Source: a virus
IMG/VR virus record: IMGVR_UViG_3300036768_001501
Location: 27,514 to 91,513 of that record
Reading direction: 5' to 3' (one strand)
Length of the DNA: 64,000 bases
Positions 29,428 through 39,611 of the stretch are shown here, piece after piece. Position 1 is the stretch's first letter. Each line of letters begins with the position of its first letter. The notes beneath the pieces were generated by a model. That model made no database searches. It was not told where the DNA came from and saw only the letters and a list, made by a program, of their open reading frames with translations. A program made the translations under genes and the position numbers.

Positions 29428-32400
29428 TCTCAATTGGGCTTGTCGGCCTAATGTGCGCGCTTGTTGTCAACGCGCAGCCGCGCGTAGATGATGCCTACTC
29501 AGATAGCGAAGCACGCAGATCGATTCAGGCCTCTCCACCACTATCTTATGATTCTTCCACTGGCACAATGTCATTACCGCAAACCGTATGGCCGCTTACT
29601 TGGGGCGGCACGAATAACGGGGCACTTACAGATAGCCCAACTGGACAGGTTCTGCGTGTAGTTGGCGGCCAGGTCGTTAATGCACCAGTTCCGCAAGCTG
29701 ATATTGCGAGTGCGTTCGCCCTGTATGTTGACCCAGCCGGTACCGATGGCCCCGAGTGTGGCCCAATCAACAAACCGTGTAAAACGATTACAGGGCCGCA
29801 GGGTGTGCATGCGCGGATTCTGGCGAATAATGACAATGGGGCTTTTACATGTTCTAACGACAATGCCAAAAGTTGCATGCGCTGTGCTGGCGGTACGAAT
29901 TCAGGGGCGACATGCAACGAGCATCGCGATTGTACCGGAGGCGGTGTGTGTTCAACGCTTGTGTGCAGTGGTACGGATACACCATGCATGAAATACTGTT
30001 CAACGAGCGATATTGGCTGCTCAATTGACAATGATTGCCCATCGAATGAAACATGTTCCCGTACTCATCCGTCGTCACCGTGTGCAGCGGCATCATGTGT
30101 CAATGGCCCCAGGAGTTGGTGCGGTGGTGGTGCATGTAATATATTCGCAACTAAGACCTATGCGATTAACTTAGCTGTAGGCCAGTACAATGAATGGATT
30201 GGCTTTGCGTGCCAAGGAAATCAGAATATCCAATGCCACACCGATGCGGACTGCGGAGCGAACGGTCCATGTATTGATACAACAGTAAAATCTATTCCAT
30301 CCCCTGGCTGGCTTACGTACATTGGGCCAGATCGGCAATCGGCGGCAATTATTTCTGGATCAAGCATTGCAACGATGTATGTTTCCAACAGGCTTACCCT
30401 CGCGTTTCGGCGTTTGCAAATAATAAATGTCGGCAACGGAAACGCGTTATGGTTTGCTGGTGATGTGTGGGGCGCGGGCGTAACACATAGCGGGCTAGTT
30501 CACTGGGGTGACGGATACGATGCCATTATTTCTGGCCCAGGCAATGTTACAGTAGGTTTTGACGATATTTGGACGTACGGTTTTAGCTCAAATGCTTCAT
30601 TTCGCTCTATTCGCATTGAGCACGACAGCGCACTGGTATGTGCTAATAACACGCAATTTTCATGTTTGTCCGATGCTGATTGTCCGGGGTCATCGTGTGT
30701 TAAGAATAGGCGTTTTGGGTCAAGCGGCGCGATCCAATCTGTTATATCTCCACGTGCATCCGGTGGATCTGGTGACTCTATAATTGATTTTGCATTTATT
30801 CAGGGAGGATCTAAAGTAACAGCAGATTATCAAGGGCAAGTTGAGTTTGTGTTTAATCGTTGTGCTAGTGGCTTTAACACTGGCATTGTGCGCAGCTTGA
30901 TTAATGGATTCTCGTTCCCATCGCCGTACAAACATGCCGCTTTGGTAGCTATTCGTGGTCCATGCCAGTCAAACAATGCTTTCATATCTGGAGGTATATC
31001 CCAGGTGTCAGTACGAGATACAACTTTTGCGAAGTTGCGTTCGATTCCAGATAGGTCGCCGTTGTACGATATGATTATTGGTGACAAAGTTGATATGCTC
31101 TATGCTGGCAACGTCGCGTATAATGCCTGCCGTCGGCGCTTCGAGGGCACGGGCACGATTAGATATATTGACCCGAACGCCAGGACCACTGATCTTGGCC
31201 AGCGCTGGGGAGGCAATGCTGGCGGTTATCTTGGGGTGCTTGACTGTGACCAACCGCAGACCACAACGCTTGCTTCGCCGACAGTGACACTCTCGCAAAC
31301 TACGGGCGGTACACTTAGCAATGGGACTTACTGTTATCGCGCGACCGCTGTGAGCGAGTTCGGGGAAACTGTCGCCGGCGATGCTGCATGTATCACGCTT
31401 AGCGGCTGCAGTTCGAATTGCGCCGTGGCAATTACGGTGAACCAGGTTCATGGTGCCACTGGGTGGAAGATTTACGGACGACCGACTACATCCGGAGGCA
31501 CGTTCGGGCTTTTGCAGACGCTCTCTAGCTGGTCGTCGAATACATGGACGGATACTGGTGGTGGCACACCTGGCGCTGCACCGCCTAGTACAGATAGCTC
31601 TGCGCAACCGAATCCTATCGATGGCGAACTGTGGATGTCCAAGGTTGGCACGCGATATATCCCACGTTACCGTTCCGGTGGCACAACTTATTCGATTCCA
31701 ATCGGGCAAACCGGTGATGGGACTAACAACGGCGGTACGGTTGGATTTTTTACGCCTGACGGAACGCAGTTCGCGTCAATTTTAGACGTACCAGCTTTTT
31801 CCTTTACGCTATATCAAACTAATCGCGCCACTGTAGGTATTGGTATTAATGGCACCGGCCTGCTGTCATGTAGTACTTTTGATAGTAACAGATGCTCAGT
31901 TCCCAATGCCCCAATCTCGGCGAACCATATAGCCAACAAGTCGTATGTGGATACGAGCAAGCGTACGCTCCTGCTTTCGCCGATGGCATTCACTGCTGCT
32001 ACGGCCTGCACGCAGGATGTTGTCGCACCAAGTGGGAATACCCCAGGATATAGTTATCTTTCCTGCCCTGATGCCGCCGGGTCGGAATTCTCGGTCGTTT
32101 TTTCCATGCCAGACGGATGGTCAGGGTCAGCGCTTGCAGTAGCGCCTGTTGCGTTACATCGCGATTCCGCGAGCAACACGCTTGCGATTGATTGGAGTTG
32201 TAAGTGTGTTTCCTCGGGGTCTGCGATTACCGCTGCCTATGGCACGACGGCTACGACGTCGCAAACGGCATCGAGTGCAGATACTGTGACGCAGGCCACG
32301 TTCACTAATATTACCTGTGCGGGTACATGTAGTGGCACGTCAACTGTGGCGTTGCGTGGAGTTGTGAATACTACCAGCAGTAGCTGGACCAACGATCCGC

Positions 32401-32450
32401 GCATTCTCGGGGTAGAGGTGCGGTATGATCGGTCGGCGCATTCTGACTAG
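29412..32450 (+). CDS. Tail fibre/tailspike-like protein with an N-terminal signal peptide and Cys-rich inserts
   Basis: Signal peptide ending VNA-Q. Fibre-type motifs PPLSYDSSTGTMSL, PLTWGGTN and HIANKSYVD. YVDPAGTD..CG...PCKTI (DUF1565-like beta-helix cap). GGTLSNGTYCYRATAV FN3-like module. Several C-x(n)-DxDC-x(n)-C modules. Confidence 0.65.
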   Translation: MRHAVISIGLVGLMCALVVNAQPRVDDAYSDSEARRSIQASPPLSYDSSTGTMSLPQTVWPLTWGGTNNGALTDSPTGQVLRVVGGQVVNAPVPQADIASAFALYVDPAGTDGPECGPINKPCKTITGPQGVHARILANNDNGAFTCSNDNAKSCMRCAGGTNSGATCNEHRDCTGGGVCSTLVCSGTDTPCMKYCSTSDIGCSIDNDCPSNETCSRTHPSSPCAAASCVNGPRSWCGGGACNIFATKTYAINLAVGQYNEWIGFACQGNQNIQCHTDADCGANGPCIDTTVKSIPSPGWLTYIGPDRQSAAIISGSSIATMYVSNRLTLAFRRLQIINVGNGNALWFAGDVWGAGVTHSGLVHWGDGYDAIISGPGNVTVGFDDIWTYGFSSNASFRSIRIEHDSALVCANNTQFSCLSDADCPGSSCVKNRRFGSSGAIQSVISPRASGGSGDSIIDFAFIQGGSKVTADYQGQVEFVFNRCASGFNTGIVRSLINGFSFPSPYKHAALVAIRGPCQSNNAFISGGISQVSVRDTTFAKLRSIPDRSPLYDMIIGDKVDMLYAGNVAYNACRRRFEGTGTIRYIDPNARTTDLGQRWGGNAGGYLGVLDCDQPQTTTLASPTVTLSQTTGGTLSNGTYCYRATAVSEFGETVAGDAACITLSGCSSNCAVAITVNQVHGATGWKIYGRPTTSGGTFGLLQTLSSWSSNTWTDTGGGTPGAAPPSTDSSAQPNPIDGELWMSKVGTRYIPRYRSGGTTYSIPIGQTGDGTNNGGTVGFFTPDGTQFASILDVPAFSFTLYQTNRATVGIGINGTGLLSCSTFDSNRCSVPNAPISANHIANKSYVDTSKRTLLLSPMAFTAATACTQDVVAPSGNTPGYSYLSCPDAAGSEFSVVFSMPDGWSGSALAVAPVALHRDSASNTLAIDWSCKCVSSGSAITAAYGTTATTSQTASSADTVTQATFTNITCAGTCSGTSTVALRGVVNTTSSSWTNDPRILGVEVRYDRSAHSD

Positions 32451-33144
32451 TGTTGCGTGCCTGTCACTCGTGTCCAGCGAGGCACTAGCCTACACGTACT
32501 TGCAGGTCTGCAACGCCGGAAGCACAACCTTTACTACGTCCATAAGTTGTAGTGGCAATGTTCCCGGCATGGGGGCGGTCGTTGTTGCTCATTCTTCTGA
32601 TAATACCTCCGGATACAGTATTACATCATCATGGGCAAGCGCCAGCCCCTTGAGTAGTACACTTGAGGTCAACAATGGCGCTAATCTTGATGGAGTTGGG
32701 CGAACATTCAGTGTGCCGTCTGCAGCAACTGGAGCAGCATGGTCAGGTTCTTTTACGGATAGTGTACGTGTCAAAAACATATGCGTTGCGCATATAGCAC
32801 ACACGAGGGTTTTCAATCTGACTCAAACACAAACAGCGACTGGTAGCGGCACGACTGTCTCTGTGCCTGCAGCCACTACGAGCTGCCCTTCTGGCTATAC
32901 TATGGCAACGATTGTGTCTGTAATGACATACTCTGGCTCTGCGCCGACCTTATCGGGCACTGGGACGCAACTCTGCGGCATAGATAACTTTGTCTCCTCG
33001 ACGCATCGCGCCACATTCCAGCACGGGTACGATGGCAGCAATGCATTCAGTGGCACGCTGTCGGTATCTGCAACGTGGGTGGCGATAGCTTATCGTTTTT
33101 GCCCGAAACGCAACATAGCGGGGTGGATTGGGACAACTGACTGA
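32425..33144 (+). CDS. Secreted Ser/Thr-rich beta protein
   Basis: Signal peptide-like N-terminus ending ALA-Y. Confidence 0.6.
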   Translation: MIGRRILTSVACLSLVSSEALAYTYLQVCNAGSTTFTTSISCSGNVPGMGAVVVAHSSDNTSGYSITSSWASASPLSSTLEVNNGANLDGVGRTFSVPSAATGAAWSGSFTDSVRVKNICVAHIAHTRVFNLTQTQTATGSGTTVSVPAATTSCPSGYTMATIVSVMTYSGSAPTLSGTGTQLCGIDNFVSSTHRATFQHGYDGSNAFSGTLSVSATWVAIAYRFCPKRNIAGWIGTTD

Positions 33145-33155
33145 GGAGCAGATGA

Positions 33156-34238
33156 TTGAAGCGGGCGGTCGGGATACCGATTTGTGTCGTTGTGGCGCTA
33201 GCGATTTATGTTATTGCTACGCGCCCAAGCAAAGTTGGCGCTTATCCTCGTCCATTTTGGTTCGGTGCACCGACAAGTACGCCTACCCCTACCAATACCC
33301 CTACACATACCCCTACGGATACGCCAACGAACACCCCAACGAACACGCCCACCAGCACGCCAACGAACACCTCGACCCATACGCCCACCTTGCCCCCCAC
33401 AAGCACCCCAACCAATACTCCGACAAGCACGCCAACTTCAACACCAACGCGAACTTATACCCCGACCAGCACGCCGACTAATACGCCGACGAGTATCCCT
33501 ACAGAGACACCGACTAACACGCCAACAAATACGCCAACACCTACGTCTACGCCGATTGGCGGCGGACAAGAAGTACAGTTTACCGCTACACCGACAAGGA
33601 CACCGACGAGTACAAGCACCAGTACGTCTACAGGAACTCCAACATATTCACCAACGCCTACAGCATCTCCGACATATACTTTTACGCCTACCGCTACCCC
33701 AACAGCCACGCCAACACTCGGGCCGAACGACTGCTGTGAGTGGCTTGAGTCCGGCACATGGCAGGCCTGCGCAATTCCAGTGGCCGGCATTTGTCCTACA
33801 GGGGCAACTGGCGTGTACGGTGCCAGGTGCGTTGACGGCGTATGTTCAACAACGCCAATTGGGAACTGTCCACCGACGCCAACGCGCACACCGACACCAA
33901 CGGAGACACCAATTGAGGTTGGCGGCGGATCAACGTTCGGCAATACATATCCGCGTGAGGAGATTGTTACAACGTATCGGCTGCAGAACGGCTGCATAAA
34001 TATAACAGTAAGCGGTTCGTCTACGGCTGTGTTCTACGTTCCGCCCAACGTCCCTGTTCCAAATTTGTCATCTTATGTAGTACACTGTAGTGTGTCTGGC
34101 AATCAGTATCTAAGCGTTGACGAGATTGCGATGGTAACCGACAGTTACGCAGTGGTTTGGGTTTCGAACGCATCGGCCTCGATGCAGGGAGGACAACTAT
34201 GTTGTCTCTTCTACAATCAATCGCAGTTATATCCTTAA
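33156..34238 (+). CDS. Exported/anchored Pro/Thr-stalk protein, partial paralogue of 23976..27800
   Basis: N-terminal hydrophobic helix, a [13 protein letters not shown] unit, a GPNDCC Cys module, and the shared REE.VTT.RL...C...CCL.Y C-terminal domain. Confidence 0.75.
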   Translation: MKRAVGIPICVVVALAIYVIATRPSKVGAYPRPFWFGAPTSTPTPTNTPTHTPTDTPTNTPTNTPTSTPTNTSTHTPTLPPTSTPTNTPTSTPTSTPTRTYTPTSTPTNTPTSIPTETPTNTPTNTPTPTSTPIGGGQEVQFTATPTRTPTSTSTSTSTGTPTYSPTPTASPTYTFTPTATPTATPTLGPNDCCEWLESGTWQACAIPVAGICPTGATGVYGARCVDGVCSTTPIGNCPPTPTRTPTPTETPIEVGGGSTFGNTYPREEIVTTYRLQNGCINITVSGSSTAVFYVPPNVPVPNLSSYVVHCSVSGNQYLSVDEIAMVTDSYAVVWVSNASASMQGGQLCCLFYNQSQLYP

Positions 34239-34621
34239 TGCTTCTTGCCTCCTGCCGCGCTATTGAGTTCAACGATAGCAGCAGGAACGTAGTCTACGAG
34301 AAGTTCGGTGGTTTTGTCCCCTGCCTGCTTGACCAGGATGCGGACAATCTCAGATGGTGCGAGATGGACATGATTGGTGCTGTCGGGTTTCATGTCCTGA
34401 TGGACCCAAGCGGGAACTCCGTGCTCTCCGCAACTGATACTTATAAGATCGAGTACGCGCCAAATCCATCCGAAGGGCGTGCGCCACTTTGTCTTGGCAA
34501 GCCGTTATCGTGGAAGAATCGTTATATAATTCCTGCCGGGTACGTATTCTCTATTGGCAGCAAGGTTTTTGTGCCGTGTAGCATCGGCGGTACGCAGCTA
34601 TATGGGAAAATTGTGGATTAG
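34199..34621 (+). CDS. Putative lipoprotein
   Basis: SD GGAGG at 34188; lipobox-like LLASC. Confidence 0.55.
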   Translation: MLSLLQSIAVISLMLLASCRAIEFNDSSRNVVYEKFGGFVPCLLDQDADNLRWCEMDMIGAVGFHVLMDPSGNSVLSATDTYKIEYAPNPSEGRAPLCLGKPLSWKNRYIIPAGYVFSIGSKVFVPCSIGGTQLYGKIVD

Positions 34622-34637
34622 CAATTCTTAGTGAGCC

Positions 34638-34958
34638 ATGAAAAAGGCCGCTGAGTATGTTGTTTGGCTCCTTAAGCTCGCGGCCATGATCATTCTGCTA
34701 GTGCCTGGAATTTGCCTTGTCTATGTAGGCAAGCAACTTTGCGAAGCCGCTAGATGGCTTGGCAAGGGCAACACAAAACAGATCACCGGCAAGCATGTAA
34801 CTAGAACTGTCAAAAAAATATGTACAAAATGCGCAGGATACGGTTACTACGGACAGGAAACGTGCTATAAGTGTGACGGGACCGGCGAAATCTGGACTTC
34901 AGTCAGTTGGTACGTGGTTAACGGGTACGTTGACGATGCTGAGCGCGTTGACATCTAG
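34638..34958 (+). CDS. Membrane protein with a DnaJ-type zinc finger
   Basis: N-terminal TM helix; CTKCAGYG and CYKCDGTG (two CxxCxGxG). Confidence 0.6.
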   Translation: MKKAAEYVVWLLKLAAMIILLVPGICLVYVGKQLCEAARWLGKGNTKQITGKHVTRTVKKICTKCAGYGYYGQETCYKCDGTGEIWTSVSWYVVNGYVDDAERVDI

Positions 34959-34969
34959 GTTGTGAAGCC

Positions 34970-35230
34970 ATGTTTGGTATGACAAGAATTAGGCTTGCTG
35001 TTGGAGAGCCAAGTCAGGATAAGCGCTATCTAGTTAACGTCGTCTGGCAACATGACGACGTCATAGCGTTAAAGTCTAACAGCACAGCCTACTGTATTGA
35101 TGCCGCTTCAGAATATGCCATGAAGATTATGGAGAAAAACTGCGATGTGGAGCACGGCAAGCACTACTGGCAATGGAGCATTGAGATTAACAGTAAGCTC
35201 ATTGTTCACTCATTGCCTGAGCCCTGGTAG
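34970..35230 (+). CDS. Hypothetical protein
   Basis: Tightly packed ORF that ends the + strand block. Confidence 0.5.
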   Translation: MFGMTRIRLAVGEPSQDKRYLVNVVWQHDDVIALKSNSTAYCIDAASEYAMKIMEKNCDVEHGKHYWQWSIEINSKLIVHSLPEPW

Positions 35231-35233
35231 AGC

Positions 35234-35704
35234 TCAAGAAATCTCTACCAAGCGCACGGAACCATCGTTGCTCATGATCAGCATGCAGTCGTGGTCCTCG
35301 TCGATCCACACGAGCTCCTCGGCGTCTTCTCCGACTTCGATGGGGTTGCCGAACAGCCGTGTAAGTGTCTTTAGTTTTGGGTCGAACAGCCCGAAGCGAA
35401 CCAAGCGAATAATTTCGTAGTCCAATGCCCGGCCAACGAGCGCACAGCCACGCAAGAACAAAAGCTCGAAAGCGAACTCTGCAATTAGCCCAGAATCCAG
35501 GTTCTCCAGCAGCGCAATCGTAATTTGTTTGCGTTCCATTTCGTTAATGAGCGCGCCGGCTTCGGCCTGTAGCATCGGGAACCATACATTATATGCGCGG
35601 TCCTGATCATCTACGGCCCATTTGCAGGCTGCGTCGGCATCTTCCATGCTTGCAAGCGCGCGACGGGCAACAATTCCTGCTAATAATTCGTTTGGATTGT
35701 TCAT
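35234..35704 (-). CDS. Hypothetical protein
   Basis: SD GGAGG; TTGACC...TATAAA upstream on the minus strand. Confidence 0.65.
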   Translation of the reverse strand: MNNPNELLAGIVARRALASMEDADAACKWAVDDQDRAYNVWFPMLQAEAGALINEMERKQITIALLENLDSGLIAEFAFELLFLRGCALVGRALDYEIIRLVRFGLFDPKLKTLTRLFGNPIEVGEDAEELVWIDEDHDCMLIMSNDGSVRLVEIS

Positions 35705-35852
35705 ATAGCCTCCCTACGTCATGTTGATTATGTTTATATAGCGCTACTAGCGCCTGGTCAAGTAGATTGCTGCTTGTGAGGGCAACTATCTTGTAAGACG
35801 GCTAGCAGCTCACGGTAGGCTCGTTCTCTTGCCGATTGGCTATCCAGAACGG

Positions 35853-36083
35853 CTACTGCGCAGATTGCTTCGTCGTTGCAGTGGATGCACTTGATTTCTG
35901 GCTTATCTTGCTGAACCTGCATAATGTTGGCACCCCGACATCATCTTGGTCGCATACGGAAAAGAACTTCGCATGCTCATTACATACATAAAAGATGGTG
36001 TATCCGGCAAAGTTCTTGATTCTCTTCTTGGCGAGCCTGCTGCACTGGACTACGACAAGTTCACCATCGGCATGACGAGGCAT
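35853..36083 (-). CDS. Small Cys-containing hypothetical protein
   Basis: Overlaps the clamp stop; VCNEHA motif. Confidence 0.35.
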   Translation of the reverse strand: MPRHADGELVVVQCSRLAKKRIKNFAGYTIFYVCNEHAKFFSVCDQDDVGVPTLCRFSKISQKSSASTATTKQSAQ

Positions 36084-37228
36084 GTCTCGTTGGGGCTAAG
36101 CTTGAATACAATCGGCGCGAAGCCGATTTTCTCTGGATTAAAACAAATCTGGCAATTTTCGACAGCCGAGCTAGCAGCCCACGCAAAGTAAACTGCATTG
36201 ACGAGAAAGCGCACGTCGGTGCTGTTATCATTGTTTACCGACACATCAAGGTGCTCGGTTGAATCCCCTAGATATGACGACTTACTTTCCAGAATCATGG
36301 CACTGTCCTTGATAGATACAGCAATCTGCTTGATTTTCTCGATACTCGCCGTCTCAGCTAACAATGAAACCCGCTGGATTGCATTGGATAGCGCCTTTGC
36401 TGGCACGCTAATGCTATGCGTTGAGCCGGCGATGATTGCGTCAATCCCTAGCTCTGGCTTATGAAACACTGAGTTCGGGCATTGTACCGAAATGCGTGGA
36501 GTAACAATCTTGGTATGATTCTTGGTTGCAACGATGGTTGGTGAAATATACTGCGCAGCGCCGGTCAGCAAATGAATTATTGCGTCGGCGCAGTCTGGGT
36601 TGATCACGAACTCGATATTACCAGACGCGTCCCCAATGTCTTGCTCGACCAGGAGCAGACGGTACCGGTCTGTGGTCATGATCTGCAGCTTTGAATTTTT
36701 GACTGAGCAGAACAAAGCATAGAGCCCGCCCAGTTCTTCGGGCTTTGCTGTCGCCGAATTGAGCAGGGAGATCGACTTCTTGATAGCCTTCGCGAGATCG
36801 AATCCGCTTGGTGCAACAAATTCTACTTGCCCATCCGCATCGTTCGCGATACGCTTGCGCGACTCGAGTACAGACATTAAGGCATATTCCTGGTCCTGGA
36901 TTATATGTAATCTGCTACGGTTGCTGCCTGCATCTATCGTAATAGACTTCTCGTTGAATTTCAGCTCGACGTTTTCGACGGAGCTAAGTTTTAGGAGCTT
37001 ACTAAGAACTTCGGCTTCTACGGCTCCTGCGCGTGAGTCTGCCGATTCGTTGCCAGGCTCGACCTCGATAGATGCATACACAGTAGCATCAATGTTGTCG
37101 CCGCCAACTTGCAGTGACCTTTGTTCGCGGTCAAATGTAAGAGCCACGACGGCTGGACTGTGCGCAGCTTTGGGCGACCGAATGATGGTCTCGACGGCGG
37201 TAGCCAACTTCTCACGATTAACGAGCAT
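36050..37228 (-). CDS. dnaN: DNA polymerase III beta sliding clamp homologue
   Basis: 392 aa with a three-domain pattern; TTDRYRL (cf. ATDGHRL), ALSNAIQRVSLLA, VN..YF and C-terminal LVMPM; SD AGGAGG. Confidence 0.88.
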   Translation of the reverse strand: MLVNREKLATAVETIIRSPKAAHSPAVVALTFDREQRSLQVGGDNIDATVYASIEVEPGNESADSRAGAVEAEVLSKLLKLSSVENVELKFNEKSITIDAGSNRSRLHIIQDQEYALMSVLESRKRIANDADGQVEFVAPSGFDLAKAIKKSISLLNSATAKPEELGGLYALFCSVKNSKLQIMTTDRYRLLLVEQDIGDASGNIEFVINPDCADAIIHLLTGAAQYISPTIVATKNHTKIVTPRISVQCPNSVFHKPELGIDAIIAGSTHSISVPAKALSNAIQRVSLLAETASIEKIKQIAVSIKDSAMILESKSSYLGDSTEHLDVSVNNDNSTDVRFLVNAVYFAWAASSAVENCQICFNPEKIGFAPIVFKLSPNETCLVMPMVNLS

Positions 37229-37240
37229 CTTTTCCTCCTT

Positions 37241-37432
37241 TTATCCCACGTAGACAACCAATTCGCCGTTAGGTAGCCGCCTAATTACATAGAAGCAACC
37301 TTCCGACTCAACTTCCCATAGCGGAATTTCTCCATTGCGCTTTGGGGTTCCGAGCATTGTAGTTAGCTCACTTTCACTTGCATGCTTCAGCGAGCCTGCA
37401 TCGATTCTTCTTACAATTTCTAGTTTGTCCAT
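37241..37432 (-). CDS. Small hypothetical protein (leaderless start MDKLE...)
   Basis: TTGCAT-N17-TATGGT-N7-ATG on the minus strand. Confidence 0.55.
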   Translation of the reverse strand: MDKLEIVRRIDAGSLKHASESELTTMLGTPKRNGEIPLWEVESEGCFYVIRRLPNGELVVYVG

Positions 37433-37508
37433 GTGCCAAACCATAAATTACGTCGTTGGACGATGCAACCTATTGATTTGCTTTATACTTATGTTGTATG
37501 TTTGCTGC

Positions 37509-37913
37509 GTGTGGTTGATCGAAAAGCTCATGCGCTTAGTCTTCTGGCTCTCGAAGCGCATGAGGAAGCGCGAGCTGGAAGTAGAGCCGTGGTGGCCACT
37601 GACTGATGTAAATCCGACTAGAAGCGAAATTCACGGACTGACGCTTAGTGTTGCAGACGATCGTTGGCAAGAGGGGGATTATCGTGGGTACGGCAATATG
37701 TTCATTGAAAACGCCGGCATAGGGAGACATAGCTTTGATGAGATGGTCGAGCATGCTGCTATGCATTTGATATATTTGCACGCCGGTCGCAGAGACGATG
37801 CTAACAGGAGTGCGTACGCCCATCTTGGGGCTGTTTTAGTGGCGATGGAGATTCTTTGTTATTATGCACAGGAGAAACCACATGTCTTCAGATGTGTACA
37901 AAAAACTTCGTGA
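37509..37913 (+). CDS. DUF5664-like (dATP/dGTP diphosphohydrolase-type) protein
   Basis: HAAMHL....G..D......HLGAV...EIL resembles the family AA.RHL...G...D...HLAHA pattern; the start codon is inferred. Confidence 0.45.
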   Translation: MWLIEKLMRLVFWLSKRMRKRELEVEPWWPLTDVNPTRSEIHGLTLSVADDRWQEGDYRGYGNMFIENAGIGRHSFDEMVEHAAMHLIYLHAGRRDDANRSAYAHLGAVLVAMEILCYYAQEKPHVFRCVQKTS

Positions 37914-38121
37914 AGCCCTGCCGATCAAGTACCCAAAGAGTGTTTGCCCCGTATGCGCGCTTGGGGACCATGAGTTGATTAAAGCCGTTGATAGGCTTTG
38001 GCAAGAAGGGTTTCGCGGTGCAGCAATCGCCGCATCTTTGGCGACAATTGGCGTTCGCAATATCACAAAGCACGCCGTTGAGAGGCATGGGAAAGCGTGT
38101 CTGAAAGAGAAAAAACGCTGA
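37882..38121 (+). CDS. Small zinc-binding HTH-like phage protein
   Basis: CPVC...ERHGKAC; SD AGGAG; this type commonly precedes phage metallophosphoesterases. Confidence 0.6.
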   Translation: MSSDVYKKLREALPIKYPKSVCPVCALGDHELIKAVDRLWQEGFRGAAIAASLATIGVRNITKHAVERHGKACLKEKKR

Positions 38122-39167
38122 GGGAGATTGCCAAGCTAAAGGCACGGGAAGAGCGCCTTGAGCGAACGATTGCAAACCTCCTTCAGCGACTTGAAGAAGA
38201 AAAGAAGCGCAGAAAGGATTTGGCGTCAGCAATTTATAATGCTGCGCGCCAGGGCATTGACGCTTTGGAATTCCAGCCTATCGAACCGCCTCAAGTTTCT
38301 ACGGTTCCGGATCGTACGCCGCAGGTTGCGATAGCTGTTCTGAGCGATTGGCAGCTTGGCAAAGTTACCCATACGTACTCAACGAAAGTCTGCGAGCAGC
38401 GCATTGAGCTGTACGGGGATAAGCTCCTGTCGATTACGTCGATGCACAGACAGGCAGCTCCAGTCAACGAGCTGCGTGTTTATTTGTTAGGCGACATCAT
38501 TGAAGGCGAGTTGGTTTTCCCTGGGCAGGCTCACCAGATAGACGCTTCGCTCTACAAGCAAGTTACGTTGGACGGGCCAAGAATACTTGGCAACTTCCTC
38601 AGAAAGATGCTTGCAAATTTCGAGCGAATTACTGTTGTGGTTGTTTACGGCAACCACGGGGCGCTTGGTGGTAGGCAACGTAGGGAGTACCACCCAGAAA
38701 CTAATGCCGACCTGATGCTGTATAGGATTGTATCTTACATGTTCCACAATGAGCCTAGGATCAAGTTCGCTTTCCCTAAAAAGCACCAGGCATGGTACAA
38801 TGTAGATAAGATTGGGAAAAGCTCGTTTCTCCTGTTCCACGGTGACCAGATGAAAGGCGGCGGCTTTGCAGGCCTGCCGTTCTATGCGTTTGCCAGGGCT
38901 ATTCACTCTTGGTCCAGTGGAGCGATTCCGGAGAAGTTCGATTACGCCGTGTGTGGCCACTGGCACCAGGGGGCCAGCCTGCCGTTCAACTTTCGCATTC
39001 TCTGGGTGAACGGCAGCGTGGAGAGCTACAATACGTACGCCCAGGAACAGCTTAAATCAATGAGTGCTCCACACCAATGGCTATTGTTCTGCCACCCAGA
39101 TCATGGCGTGACTGCAGAGTATAGAATCTGGCTAAGTAGTGCGCCGTACGGCAAGAAGATTCAGTGA
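38097..39167 (+). CDS. Calcineurin-like metallophosphoesterase/nuclease
   Basis: SDWQ, LGDIIEG, GNHG, FHGD and GHWH motifs; N-terminal coiled coil. Confidence 0.88.
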   Translation: MSEREKTLREIAKLKAREERLERTIANLLQRLEEEKKRRKDLASAIYNAARQGIDALEFQPIEPPQVSTVPDRTPQVAIAVLSDWQLGKVTHTYSTKVCEQRIELYGDKLLSITSMHRQAAPVNELRVYLLGDIIEGELVFPGQAHQIDASLYKQVTLDGPRILGNFLRKMLANFERITVVVVYGNHGALGGRQRREYHPETNADLMLYRIVSYMFHNEPRIKFAFPKKHQAWYNVDKIGKSSFLLFHGDQMKGGGFAGLPFYAFARAIHSWSSGAIPEKFDYAVCGHWHQGASLPFNFRILWVNGSVESYNTYAQEQLKSMSAPHQWLLFCHPDHGVTAEYRIWLSSAPYGKKIQ

Positions 39168-39499
39168 CTGATTCTTTTGATGCATGCGTTGGCAAGCTCT
39201 TTTGCCGATGCAACGCCTTTCTGGCAATCTCGCAGCATCATGTGCGTTACTGGCAGGTTATTGGGGTCGGCGCATTCCGGAATGTAGTCCTTGATTAGAA
39301 TCAGGACTTTTCCTGCGCTAGTAATGAAGTCCAAATTGATTGTCGATGATGTTGGGCAGACAGCGACTGCAGATGCGGAATGCAATACATATTCAAGTCC
39401 GCACGTAAGCAGCTTTTTGCATAGCTTGAATATTTGATCATCTGCATGTGCTTGCGTGGCCAGGAGCAGTGTTGCTGCTACTACGAATCTTTTCAGCAT
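39161..39499 (-). CDS. Small secreted Cys-containing protein
   Basis: Signal peptide ending AHA-D; SD GGAGG. Confidence 0.65.
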   Translation of the reverse strand: MLKRFVVAATLLLATQAHADDQIFKLCKKLLTCGLEYVLHSASAVAVCPTSSTINLDFITSAGKVLILIKDYIPECADPNNLPVTHMMLRDCQKGVASAKELANACIKRISH

Positions 39500-39611
39500 A
39501 GCATTACCTCCATTGGGGTTGTTAATCTATACGCCCGGCCTTGGTTGCAAGAAAGAAGAGGCAGAAGCGCTTTGTTTTTTGTTAGCCACAACACAAAGGC
39601 CGGGCGTATCT

